From the NCBI GenBank assembly GCA_023213395.1, contig CM041465.1, forward strand, positions 123,449,741-123,513,740: DNA of 64,000 nt, given 5' to 3'. The notes beneath the pieces are model-generated. The model made no database searches and was not told the DNA's origin. It saw nothing but the letters and a program-made list of their open reading frames with translations. This stretch comes from Cycas panzhihuaensis. Its lineage: Eukaryota > Plantae > Cycadophyta. Shown one piece after another: positions 12,894 through 24,011 of the stretch (position 1 is its first letter; each line of letters opens with the position of its first letter). Made by a program: the position numbers and the translations under genes.

Positions 12894-14649
12894 GTTATAA
12901 AAAACTTTAGAACATATAAAGTATGCTTTTACTAAATCAAAAGAGTCAATAAATGAATAATGTTAGATATGATGTCAAATATCCTCTTCAAAAGAAATAT
13001 AATGCCATTAAAAAATAAATGAATCAAATGCAATAAGGAAATAATGAATATAGAAGCAACTTTGAAAACATATACCAATATCCTTTTAATGATATAAATC
13101 TAAAATAAGACCTTAACCTTTGAATTTTCTTTAAATGAATAAATATAAATTCTCAATGCAATAAATCTGTAGCCTTGATGATAATATATAATGCTAGAAA
13201 AACTGAAACATATGTATATTTTACTTTGAAAGATAAGGAGTATGAAGAAACTTTTTAAAAGAAGGGTTAGAGGACAACCTTAAGTTTGATAGCTATAAAA
13301 ATATACTAAATCATATCAGAATGATGTGAAACTGTACGAGTATGAAGATAAACAAAATATGAATCCAACGGAATTAATCGTTTTGCAAACGGGTTCCTAT
13401 AAATCAAGTTTTGATGATCTAAAGGAAACATGCCTTGTTTTAAGGCCTAACATGAGTCGGAGCTCAAAATTGTATAAAAATGCTAATAAAACTTTATAAA
13501 ATATTGAGAAATGATTAAATATTATTTAGAAGATTGCTCAATATATTTTCAACTGAAATTTTTTTAGAAATATATATATAAATGTGTAAAAAATGGCAGG
13601 TTTAAAACAATAAAGTACCTCTACTTTGAACGATTTGAAAATCAGTAAAAATACATTAAAATGTATTAAAAAATATATCATATAGAAGAGAATTGAGTCA
13701 TATTCCCAACAAAACTAAATTTGGATGCCAAATAGAGACGTTATAGCAGAAATGGCAACATGTACCTTTATGGTAAAATGTTAAGAAAAAAGGCTAAAAA
13801 CCACTAAAATGCCACTTTCAACGATTAAAATAGTGGTCAAAATGAATTCTAAAAAATAAAATAAAAGGTGGGTAATGAAGTTTGTTGAATGTATATCACT
13901 TTAAAATAAATCTGGGTAGAAAATAGTTTTCCGGTAATAAAATACAATCAGTTCAAAAAATGATTTTATAAAAAGTTTAAAAAATGCTGAAAAAAGGGCT
14001 GATTGACTTTAGATCGACTGAAACAGGCTCAAATCAGCACCAAATTAGTCATATGACCAGTCAAAATTAATCTACAAAAAAATTTTAACTCAATGAAAGT
14101 GGTTTCATGATAAACCTATGTCTCAGTGATGAGTTATGGCAAAAAAACGCTAATAACCCTATGTAAAAAAAAAAAAATTAAAATAAAAAATAAAAAGCTT
14201 ATAAAAAGTTGTTAACTCACTTTTGAAATATGCTGAAGGTCACGTGGCGACTAAATGGGACCTGGGACTGAGTGTATGAGAGGGTTAGAGATTCAAAACG
14301 CTAGAATTGAAAGTTTATGAAGTATAATTGAATTTTCTTTGAACTTTACATTAAAAAAATACATTAAAAAACTTTTGAAATGGAAACGGCTGCTGCGCTC
14401 TTAGCTGTCATGCTGTCGTAATGCATTGTGCTCAGCCGCCGAGATCATATCGTGAAAATCGCCAAGGATGGACTGCTTTTTCAACTTATTGTCGTCTTAA
14501 ATGATGCCAATTTTTCAAAGTATAGTTGTTTATGTTAAAAAAACATTAAAAATTGATTTTCAATCTACAATAGTCAGCTGCAATAAACACTTGATGCGCT
14601 GTTGTAGATGTGGAGTAAAAAATAAAAGAAAATTTTTAAATTTTAGGAC

Positions 14650-15653
14650 GCGCTGCTGCACTTCCCCTCCGTCATCGTCCGTAGTGGAGATCTCCGTGGA
14701 GACGCGATCGCTGCAAAACCTATCCCGCCGCGTCTTCGCCTTCGCCTGCTACTGCCACGTCCGATTAAGCCGTGATGACGTCTGCGCGGGATAGTTTCAG
14801 AGTCGAGTCGTTCAGAGGTAGACTCAATTGCTTCCTTAAACCGAAGACTTAGGAAGGAAAATAAGAATTATGGTACGCAAAAACAGGTGATAAATCCTGA
14901 AGAAGCACAGAAGTATATACGACTTGTTAAGGAGCAACAGCAGAGGGGCTTGCGAAAAATGAAACACGAGCATTTCAGAGATTCGTATGCAGTTGATCCT
15001 AGTACTCTCGTTCCTGGTGATTATGTTGTGCACAAAAAAGTGGGATTGGCCACTTCGTTGGAATAAAATATGATAAGCCAGATGAGTATTCGCTAATGGT
15101 TGAGTATGTGTACCTTGAATACGCTGATGGAATCGCCAAGCAGGCTTATCGTCTCGCACTGCTATAATTTACCTACAACTAAGCGAGAAGGCCACCATAT
15201 GCAAAGAATCCTGCAATGATTGAATTTGCAGCCAAATTTGCATATGTGCCCACTCCAGATCAACAATAGGCTTTTATAGATGTGGAGAGGGATCTGACTA
15301 AGTGGGATGCACCTATGAACAGATTAATATGTGGTAATGTTGGTTTTGGAAAAATAGAAGTTGCTTTACGAGCTATATTTTGTGTAGTTTCAGCAGGAAA
15401 GCAAGCAATGGTTCTAGCACCTACTATTGTTTTGGCCAAACAACATTACGAGGTCATATGTAATCGGTATTCTTATCGTTCTGACATTAAGGTGGATCTT
15501 CTCAGTAGATTTCAGAGAAAGGTAGAGAAAGATGAGCTATTTGCCAGAATTAGACAAGGATCTCTCAATATCATAGTTGGAACTCATTCACTTCTTGGGA
15601 ATCAAGTAGTCTATAATAATCTTGGCCTTCTTGTGGTCGATGAGGAGCAGAGG
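14650..15653 (+). pseudogene. Captured fragment of the plant plastid Mfd/TRCF-like DEAH helicase (At3g02060-like), no intron-sized interruptions
   Basis: DSIASLNRRLRKE..EEAQKYIRLVKEQQQRGL, VDPSTLVPGDYVVHKKVG (CarD/RID-like), EYVYLEYADG, TPDQQ*AF, RLICGNVGFGKIEVALRA (motif I), VLAPTIVLAKQH (Ia), GTHSLL, LLVVDEEQR (motif II); frameshifts, a stop and internal deletions; 5' boundary approximate. Confidence 0.92.
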
Positions 15654-15733
15654 TTGATGTATGGAGTATTGGTGTCATAACATATATCTTACTATGTGGA
15701 AGTCAACCTTTCTAGGCATGGACAAAATCAGGA
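15648..15733 (+). pseudogene. Captured fragment of a CDPK-related kinase (CRK), kinase subdomain IX
   Basis: In a different frame from the helicase: [27 protein letters not shown], matching the CRK signature [27 protein letters not shown]. Confidence 0.88.
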
Positions 15734-16439
15734 AGCAGTTCCAAGAATGACAAGTCTATTTGGCTATATATAGATGGACAACCAACAATATTGGGTACGA
15801 AGAGGTTGTCACTATAGTGGCGCTCAGCTTTGTGATATTTTTCTTGCAATTTTTGTGTACTTGTGATTTCTGCAAAGCTATGATGAGCCTATCTTTGTAT
15901 AAAAAATTTTCAAGTTATTATTATTTCATGAAACCTTCTCTTGCACAAGTGTTGTCAAATTTATAGAGCAACCTGAGTACTCTCAAGAACTCTCAAAAAA
16001 GAAAAAAAATGACAAGTTTAAGATTATGAGCCTAAAAAGGTAGGTCGCTAGAAGGTAGAAGGCAGTGCCCAAAAAGATGTAAGAAATAAAATACAAGGAT
16101 GTAATAGAAAAGTAGTAGATGTGGCCAACAAAAGGGGCAATGTAAAAAGCAGAGTATAAAAACAATATGCCTTCTTTGGCCTACAAGATCAAATACCAAT
16201 AAAAATTTTGAGAACTTTGTTGTATTCCTTTTGTAAAGAATGAAAATAATTGATAGTTTTTGCACTCCTTTTCAGTCACAAATGAAAATGCTTATGTGCA
16301 TGAGATGTCAAAAAATATGTAATGTAAAACATATGAGAAATGAAATGAAATATCAATGTGAGGAGCATGGACACATTTTTCAAATATCTTAAAGAAGATA
16401 TATCAAATAAATGAAATGCACATGTATTTGTATTTGAAA

Positions 16440-17340
16440 TATTTTCAAATCTGTTGTAGATATATCAGAAATATGAGTTTAGATCTGAAAAAGAAATTAA
16501 AGAACCTGGAAAAAAGTTGTAACTGATTTGCAGCAGAAAAATAAGCTTCAAAAGCTTCTAGTAGACAGATCTGCAGTGTATTCTTCTCCAAAAAAAAACT
16601 GAATATGCTCAAGGGATTGTAAATCTGTAGAAAACTTGAAAATATAGTAAAAAAATATGATAAAAAATATAGATCTATAATGAAACGTAGCAAATCTGAA
16701 ATGAAATATCGCAGGTCTGAAGTGAGAATCAGTAGATCTGAAAAAATATTGTGTAAATATTATAGATCTGGCCTAAGTATAGCAGATCTATAGCCAAAAA
16801 TTGCATATCTGAATGAATATACCAGAAAAATTGTGAAAATTTGTTGAAATAAGCAGATCTATAGTAGATCTGAAAAATATGTAACAGATCTTGAAATAAA
16901 AATTGCAGATCTTTAAAGAAAACTTGATAACTTTTGCATGCAGCTGATTTCCTTTACAGATCTGCGAAAAATATCAGATAAAATAGACTAATAACCTTTA
17001 AAACTTTCAAATATGTGATGAAAACTGCAGATCTAGAAAAATAACTCAAATATGAGAAAAAACTTGAATATATATAACTTACTGCTGAAATAATGATGAA
17101 ATATAAGATAAAATATGTAGAACTAAAGAAATATGGCTCAAATTTGTGAAAAAACTTGACCAAATATGGCTTGCTGCTGAAATCCTGTGTAGATCTGCAC
17201 AAATCTGAAAATAAACCTAAAAAATATTTGTTATATCACCAATATATCTCAATAATGATCAAAACTTACTAAAAAACTTATAGAAAAATGAATGTAACTG
17301 AATATTTGTTGCTGTCAGCAAATCTGCTTCAAATGCGAGT
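16440..17340. repeat. Degenerate short-period repeat rich in (GC)AGATCT(G) in the 5' leader of element B
   Basis: More than ten AGATCT/AAATCTG motifs separated by A-rich spacers. Confidence 0.65.
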
Positions 17341-17389
17341 AAATCTCTTTTCTTCTTCACAAAAAACTTCACAGATCAGTAATCGCCCA

Positions 17390-17400
17390 CTCTGATACCA
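17390..17400 (-). other. Primer-binding site (tRNA-iMet) of element B
   Basis: CTCTGATACCA followed by AA and the LTR terminus TG at 17403. Confidence 0.9.
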
Positions 17401-17820
17401 AATGTAGGAAATAGAATGTAGCTAAACTATGTTCTGATACTAAATGTTAGAAAAATATTTTGTAGGAGAACAAAGCAGAACATAGAATAATCTTCAATAG
17501 ATCAATACAAATCATAAATCATCAATAGATCAATGTATCATGATAGCATAAACACATCAAAGCATTGTATTCAAGCCATTGTGAGAAGAGTAATACACAT
17601 TTCCTAAAAGAGGGCAATGTCTAAAGACATCAGGGTTGCACACCCCTCAATATTTATAGTTTGGGGGAGGAGGGAAACTCCTCAACCCCTGAATTCAAAA
17701 TAATAATAAAATAATGTTAACTTAAATGAAACTAACTCAACTTAACGTAAATCAAAGTTAGACTTACCTTGACATGTTGAGCATCACATGTCTAAATTGA
17801 AGTTGATGAGGTGTACAATC

Positions 17821-20313
17821 TGAAATGCTTGCCGCGGGGTGGTATCCATACGTTTAGCAAAAGGAACGGATTATGCAAAGCTAAGTTAGGCTAAATAGCA
17901 AGGACTTCACCTCGCAGGGCGTCCGTGCGCTAGAGCGCATATTTGAAACTACAGAGGTGCCTGGTTGCTTCCAGGTAGCTACACAAAACGAAGCCTTCCT
18001 ACCTTGCAACGTCTAGGTGTAGGCTGGCAAAAGGGGTAAAGTATGGGTAGTTCTAACACGAAATGAACTATCTAAATATGCTAGACTAACCACTAGAGGA
18101 AAGATATACAAAGCAAAAGTATGTTCCTTTCCGCTTTCAATTTCTTATGTGTTTCTAACTATACAAACATGTGCATAAAGAACAACGGCATAAAGAAGAT
18201 ATATGAAGACAAGGAAAATACCTGGACCTGGCATCTGAATAGAGCGCTACGAGTCTCTTCACTTCCCGCTCCTTCCCGCTCCACTTGTCGTGCATGCGAT
18301 ACCGGTCGGCAATGGTTGCCGTGAGCAACCAAAGAGGGGCTAGCTTACCTCCCCTTATGCATGCAAAAGTAAAACAGAATAGCAAACAACGGAAAATGAC
18401 AAAAAGCACTAAATGTGGAACTAACCTGCAATGGGTTTTGTTCCACACGTGACTCCACCTATGCGAGACCCTGCAAATCAAATAGACGAGTATCTCCCTC
18501 TCAGAAGAGGGGCCACAAAGTAGATCGAGTATATGTACTAAACTTAGAGGAAACAAAATCAACCTAAGCTAAGCATATATATTATCATTTAATGAAATAA
18601 CGTTCAACAAAGCTCCTGCAAACAATTACCGTAAATGACACCAAAAAACGAAGAGTATAGCCTCAGAATGGCTACCTCACCCACAAGAAATCTCCACTTA
18701 GTCTTGGGAAAGGGAAATAGACTCGCAGCAAGGACATAGGGCAGCGCATAACGAGAAAGAAGAGGGTAGCTGGAAGGTATGCAAACACCTAAAGAATGAG
18801 ATACTACGAACAACAAATCATCTGACTGGGTGGGTAGCAAATTGTTAACCGGCAAGAAGCGGTTTCGGGGCTTATGCGATGCTCGAAACCAACAGACAAA
18901 AATCTAAAACCAGCATGGCAGTGGGCTGCCAACGCTAGTTTAGATCTAGAAAAGAGCTCCCAAACTCCCTAACCTGACTTCTAGGAAGGCACCAAAGGCA
19001 AGGGAAAAGAGAATAAGGGACGGAACCCTTGGGGAGAAGGACAGCAAGGGGGATGGACCCCGTCTTCCTCCCTCAAATTCTCTTTGTGTTACCCCCCTAC
19101 AACAGCCACCTAAGAGTAGGTTTGTAGGGATTATTGGGAAAGCACTATTGTGCCAAAAGATAAGAAAATGATGCTAAATAGGTATAGCAATAAGAAGGCA
19201 CATAGACTAAGAGTTTATCCACAAAAGCATAAAGAAATAACATAAATTGCTAAGTAAATGTGAGAGGTACCTTGTTGTGAAGATATCAAGCATGAACTTG
19301 TTGGAAAAATGGCAGGAAAAAGCCAGCAATCAGTGAGATATGATGGCAAATTTGGAAGAGGAGAGAAATGTGAGAATGATCCTGTGAGTTTGGAGCCTTT
19401 GACGCTTGTCTTTTGGGAGATTTTGAAGAAGATCCTCCTTGAAGCTTTGAAGACCTACAAATAGATGTAGGGCTTGCTGTTTGTAGGTAATAGGGGCAAC
19501 AATGGTCCCTAGAAATGAGCCAGCATGTGTGTGTCTCTCTTTGCAGTAGTGTTCTGTGGAGGATTTTGTATAATTTTTTGTAAAAATGAGCAAAAGATCC
19601 CTAAAAATGAAGAGGATTACTTGTTTTATCCCTTGCTCACTATAGGTGAACATTGGGGATGTCAGGGCGATGCAAATGTGTTGGTGCCACGCGGCAGTTC
19701 CGCGAAAAAAGTGAAAACTGTCACGTGATTTAAAAAAAAAAATTTAAACAGTTGCCCTACGGTAAACTTCGCATTACCACGGCAAAGATCGCGATACCGC
19801 TAAGTTTACAGCAGTACCAAACTGGAAACAAAAAATAAGTAAAAATAAGCAGAAATAAGGGCTTGGAGTTAATATTAAGAGTAAATTAAGGCTGGAGCTG
19901 CTGGGGGGAATACCCAGGTGATGGGCAAGTGGCCAGGAAAGTAAACTGGATCTTAACCAAGGATTCAGTCAAACTTGGAAGAGACTGCAACATGAGCAAG
20001 ATGTCGTAAAAAGGGGCGAACATAACTGGCTGAGGCATCCCGAGGGGTCGTGGAGATGGAGTGGGTGGCTGTGCGCCATATGGGATGTAGCATTCGTTGA
20101 GGAATGCCCCCATTGTGAGTCGTCATAGGCTGAAAGCGTGCTGTAAGCACATGCAATATGATCAAGTAGAGAGGCAATGCAAGCAGGCAAGCATGCGTCA
20201 GGCAGTCTGTACTAAATGACCTCAGTCAAGTAAGAGTAGAGAGAAGTGAGAACGTATACCTGAGCTTACCTGAGTCGATGCATTTCGAGTTCATTCCCGG
20301 TAGCCAGAAAACA
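17821..20313. mobile_element. Solo LTR (2493 bp, probably Gypsy-type) nested in the 5' LTR of element B
   Basis: TG...CA ends; perfect TSD CAATC (17816-17820, 20314-20318); host LTR resumes exactly as in the uninterrupted 3' LTR; no retroelement protein motifs seen; higher GC and CpG than its surroundings. Confidence 0.88.
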
Positions 20314-20637
20314 CAATCCTGGTTGGAAAGGTGGGAGTGGAGTGATAACAATTAACTCCAACATTAATAAGATACCCCCCTTCACTAGTCATAATAAACA
20401 CACCTAAAATAAGTTCTAAATAAATACACAAAGAGGTGGATACACTCATAGTATTACATCCTCCCTTGGATCACACCATTGCTTTGCTACTATGTTAAAA
20501 TTAAATGATTTAATACCATAAATATTTAATATCAAATACATCAAGATTATATTAATAATATACAGACAAAGAAATAAAACATGCACTATAATGTAATGTA
20601 TAAACCTTTTAGGAGAAATAATGATCTCCTACTTGTT

Positions 20638-21862
20638 TTGTGAACTAATATATAATTTTTAGTTCGTTCTACTATATAAGTATATAATCACATACTAAGA
20701 ATTATCTTGTTAATTAATAATTCAAAATATAAACAAATATATATATTATACGATCTTAATACATATAAGAAGGGAGAAGACTAATCTATAAGATATAGAT
20801 TAAATATTATCCAATAATTAAAGTATATTTATTTGGCCAAGTAGTTCAACTTATTTCTAAAGTATGTTATTTTTTGTTAATAAAGTTTATGAATCATATA
20901 TGATAAATACTTCCTAGTTAATTGTTAGATAATGTGACAACGATGTTTTGGAGGTAAAAATTTTGATAGGTTGACAGACTAATTTCCTTCCTGAACTTTC
21001 GTGAGAGGATCCACGGGGGCTAGGAGTCTCCCTTAGCTAGGGGGTGTAAGGGGCACCAGAACCTCCCCTTGCAAAGAGGGGGTTCGAGGGTGGTAGCCTT
21101 TGACCAAAAAGGTTAATGCTATAAAGCATACAAAATTGTAAAAAGAATCAGGGTCGTTCATTACAAATACTCCATATTTGATGGTCGAGATTTATATCTT
21201 GTATGACTCTCTCATATAGTCTAATTTCAAGTGCGTTTTTTATTATTTTCATGGCATTCGATGTATTTGATGTACTTTATTGAGAAGAGGTGGCTAGTTG
21301 TTGTTGTGAGCATTTTGTTGTAGATTAGGTATATTTCTCTATTTTTGGATAATAAAAATCGATACCTTTCTTATGTGGATGTTTCCCTAGTACACTATTA
21401 GGATTTTACCACATTATATATGGTGTATATGTGATGCTTTGGCTTTCTAATTTATTTATTATATTATCTCTAGTTTAAGAACTTACATATTAAATTTCAG
21501 TTTCAATTCTTGTAACTAATTATAAAATAGTTTAGATCTTGGTGGCAGTTTCTAGTTATTGAGACCCACTTTTATTAACCTTGTGAACTAATATATAATT
21601 TATAGTACATGTCACTATATAAGTATCTAATCACATACTAAGAACTACCTTGTTAATTAATAATTAAAAATATAAAGAAATATATGGATTATACGCTCCT
21701 AATACATATAAGAGGGGAAAATACTAATCTATAAGACAAATTAAATATTATCCAACAATTAAAGTATATTTATTTGGCCAAGTAGTTCAACTTATTCCTG
21801 AAGCATGTTATTTTTTGTTAACAAAGTTTATGAATCATATATGATAAATACTTCCTAGTTAA
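20638..21862. repeat. ~283-bp direct repeat (20638-20921 and 21581-21862) around a ~660-bp spacer
   Basis: Both copies run TTGTGAACTAATATATAATTT...AAATACTTCCTAGTTAA. Confidence 0.85.
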
Positions 21863-22729
21863 CTAGCAATTATAGTAGTTGGCTACTTGTGCATATCAGT
21901 AGATGGTTGTTGTTTTATATAGACATTAGTGATTTGGTATGTTAATGAGTTTATTTTATAGTTTATAATTGGAAGATATAAAGTTCTTAAGAGGAGACTT
22001 CATATATCATGATAAGTTTATGTTATATTAGATGATGATTCATAGGTGTTGATATGAGATAATATAACATGACATTTGTTTGTAGGAGAACAAGTTTGTT
22101 AAAGACAAGTTTAATGATTGATATTTATAAATCATACAAGGATGAAGATAAATAGGTGATTTAGCATGAAGATGAAAACATTAAATGTTTCACAAATTAA
22201 ACATTAAAGAGGAGTATTAGGGTATTATTTTTTATAATATCTAATATAATATTTAATTAGTAGATGAGTTATAATTAGTTAATATAAAGGTTCTTATATA
22301 TGATTTGAGTAGTTGATATATCGATATGATTTTATTAGTTTATGATGTACTTATATCTTATTGAATATATATGAGGTAATGAATTTATAAATATGAATAT
22401 CTAGCAAAAGTATAATTTGAGATAGAGCTATGTTCCACCCTTCTCTCATGGTTTTTCCCATCAAGGGCTTTCCATGTATAAATATAGTGTCTCATGATGA
22501 TATCTTTTTTGTATATGAATATTATTATATTGATATGTACATATATTATGTAATATATTTTATTCTTATCTTAAGCACCTCATTATGCATATTTTATTTA
22601 TTATGTATTACAAGTTACATGTTGATATGAATGCTTCACATAATCCTTTCTACTTGATTATATGACATGAATTGAATTCTATATAAGTCATTATTAAATT
22701 TTTAGTAACATCTTCTAGTTTTTAGATGT

Positions 22730-22731
<2 letters not shown>

Positions 22732-22761
<30 letters not shown>
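22732..22761. repeat. (TA)n microsatellite
   Basis: About 15 TA units. Confidence 0.9.
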
Positions 22762-22764
<3 letters not shown>

Positions 22765-24011
22765 ATATAAAAGCTTTTCATGGTGATATTGAATGAACCT
22801 AACTACATTGGTATTTAGCTTAAAACCATGCTTAACATAACTAGGGATTTTAGTGTTATTATTTCTTTAAGGATATTAATTTATACTTCTATATCTCTTA
22901 CTAATTGGTTTTTTCTTAAATGTCTCATATCATTTTATTCCATTTGAAGATAAATAGAATCTGTGAAAGGTAATGAAACCAATATTACTAACCTAGTTTT
23001 CACTAGTAAATGGCCACCTATTAATGATATTAATCTCATTCATCCATTATGAATCATTCATATTTCACTCTACTAAATTTACAATTTGACCATATCAATA
23101 ACATATGGCATGGCAAATAAGCAAGATCATAATGGATTATTAATGGGTTATCATTATCTTAAATATTTTTAGACCTAATATATGTGTTGCATGATCACTT
23201 GTTGTTAAGCAAAATTAGTTTACTAACATATATAATAAGGGACCTTAGTAGTTAATGTTAGTTACTAACTTTTGTATGTGGGCCACTTCTGTCTGCTAAT
23301 AGAATTAGAGATTATTTATCTTGTCAATGATATTCTTTGTAAGAGGCCTCTCTTGTCTATTTAGGGCCAACCCAATATAAAGTGAAGTGTTGTGTATTGT
23401 CATTTCTTATAAGATTATACTTTGGTATACTTTCAATTTTCTTTTAGTGATCTTTGGTGACCCACATCCCACTATGGCATTAGAAAAAATATAATTGTTA
23501 TGATAAAACCCTCCCTAACTACCCTACTACTACATGGGAAATAATAATGATAATTAGGGCTTTATTTTATATTCCCTAATGGGGTTAAGTTAGTCAAACA
23601 ACATATACAAATAATAGCTAGTAAGGGAGTGTTCTATTAGTTAGAGTTATAGGAAAATTTCTTTGTAGTCATATTCCAACAAACCTATTATAAGGCATCT
23701 TCATTTATATTTCCTTTATCTCCTAGTTAGGATTTAGTTGTGACTCATGCATTGACTCCACTAATATCACCCTTTATGATGTCTTAACTAATCAAGTTAT
23801 ATCACTCATCGTGGCTATATGAAAATGATGTCTAAGTTTTATTTTTAAGTCTTTAGATTAGTCATCCCTTAAGGAGTTATTAGTAAGCTCAAAGGCTAAT
23901 CCTAGAAGCATTGGCCATATGTGGATCTAAGTGGTGGTAATGAGGAAAGAGGACACAATTCATTTATCCTCAATAAGTAATTGGTTATTACTTCTCTATG
24001 CTTGGCCATAT

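Larger units (their letters stand above)
11679..20363 (-). mobile_element. Non-autonomous Copia-derived LTR element (family B): gag N-terminus only, no pol, carrying captured host-gene fragments
   Basis: LTRs at 11679-12156 and 17403-20363 (the latter interrupted); TG..CA ends; TSD TTAAT at 11674-11678 and 20364-20368; PBS 17390-17400; PPT 12157-12170. Confidence 0.93.

Noticed and set aside
15282-15680. Bacterial mfd/recG horizontal transfer, or a functional helicase gene
   Set aside because: The N-terminal KYIRLVKEQQQRGL region and YVVHKKVG fit the plant nuclear-encoded plastid homolog; the fragment is truncated at motif II, frameshifted and has a stop.
18121-20190. Short ORFs inside the 2.5-kb insertion
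   Set aside because: No recognisable domains; the TG..CA ends and 5-bp TSD fit a non-coding solo LTR.
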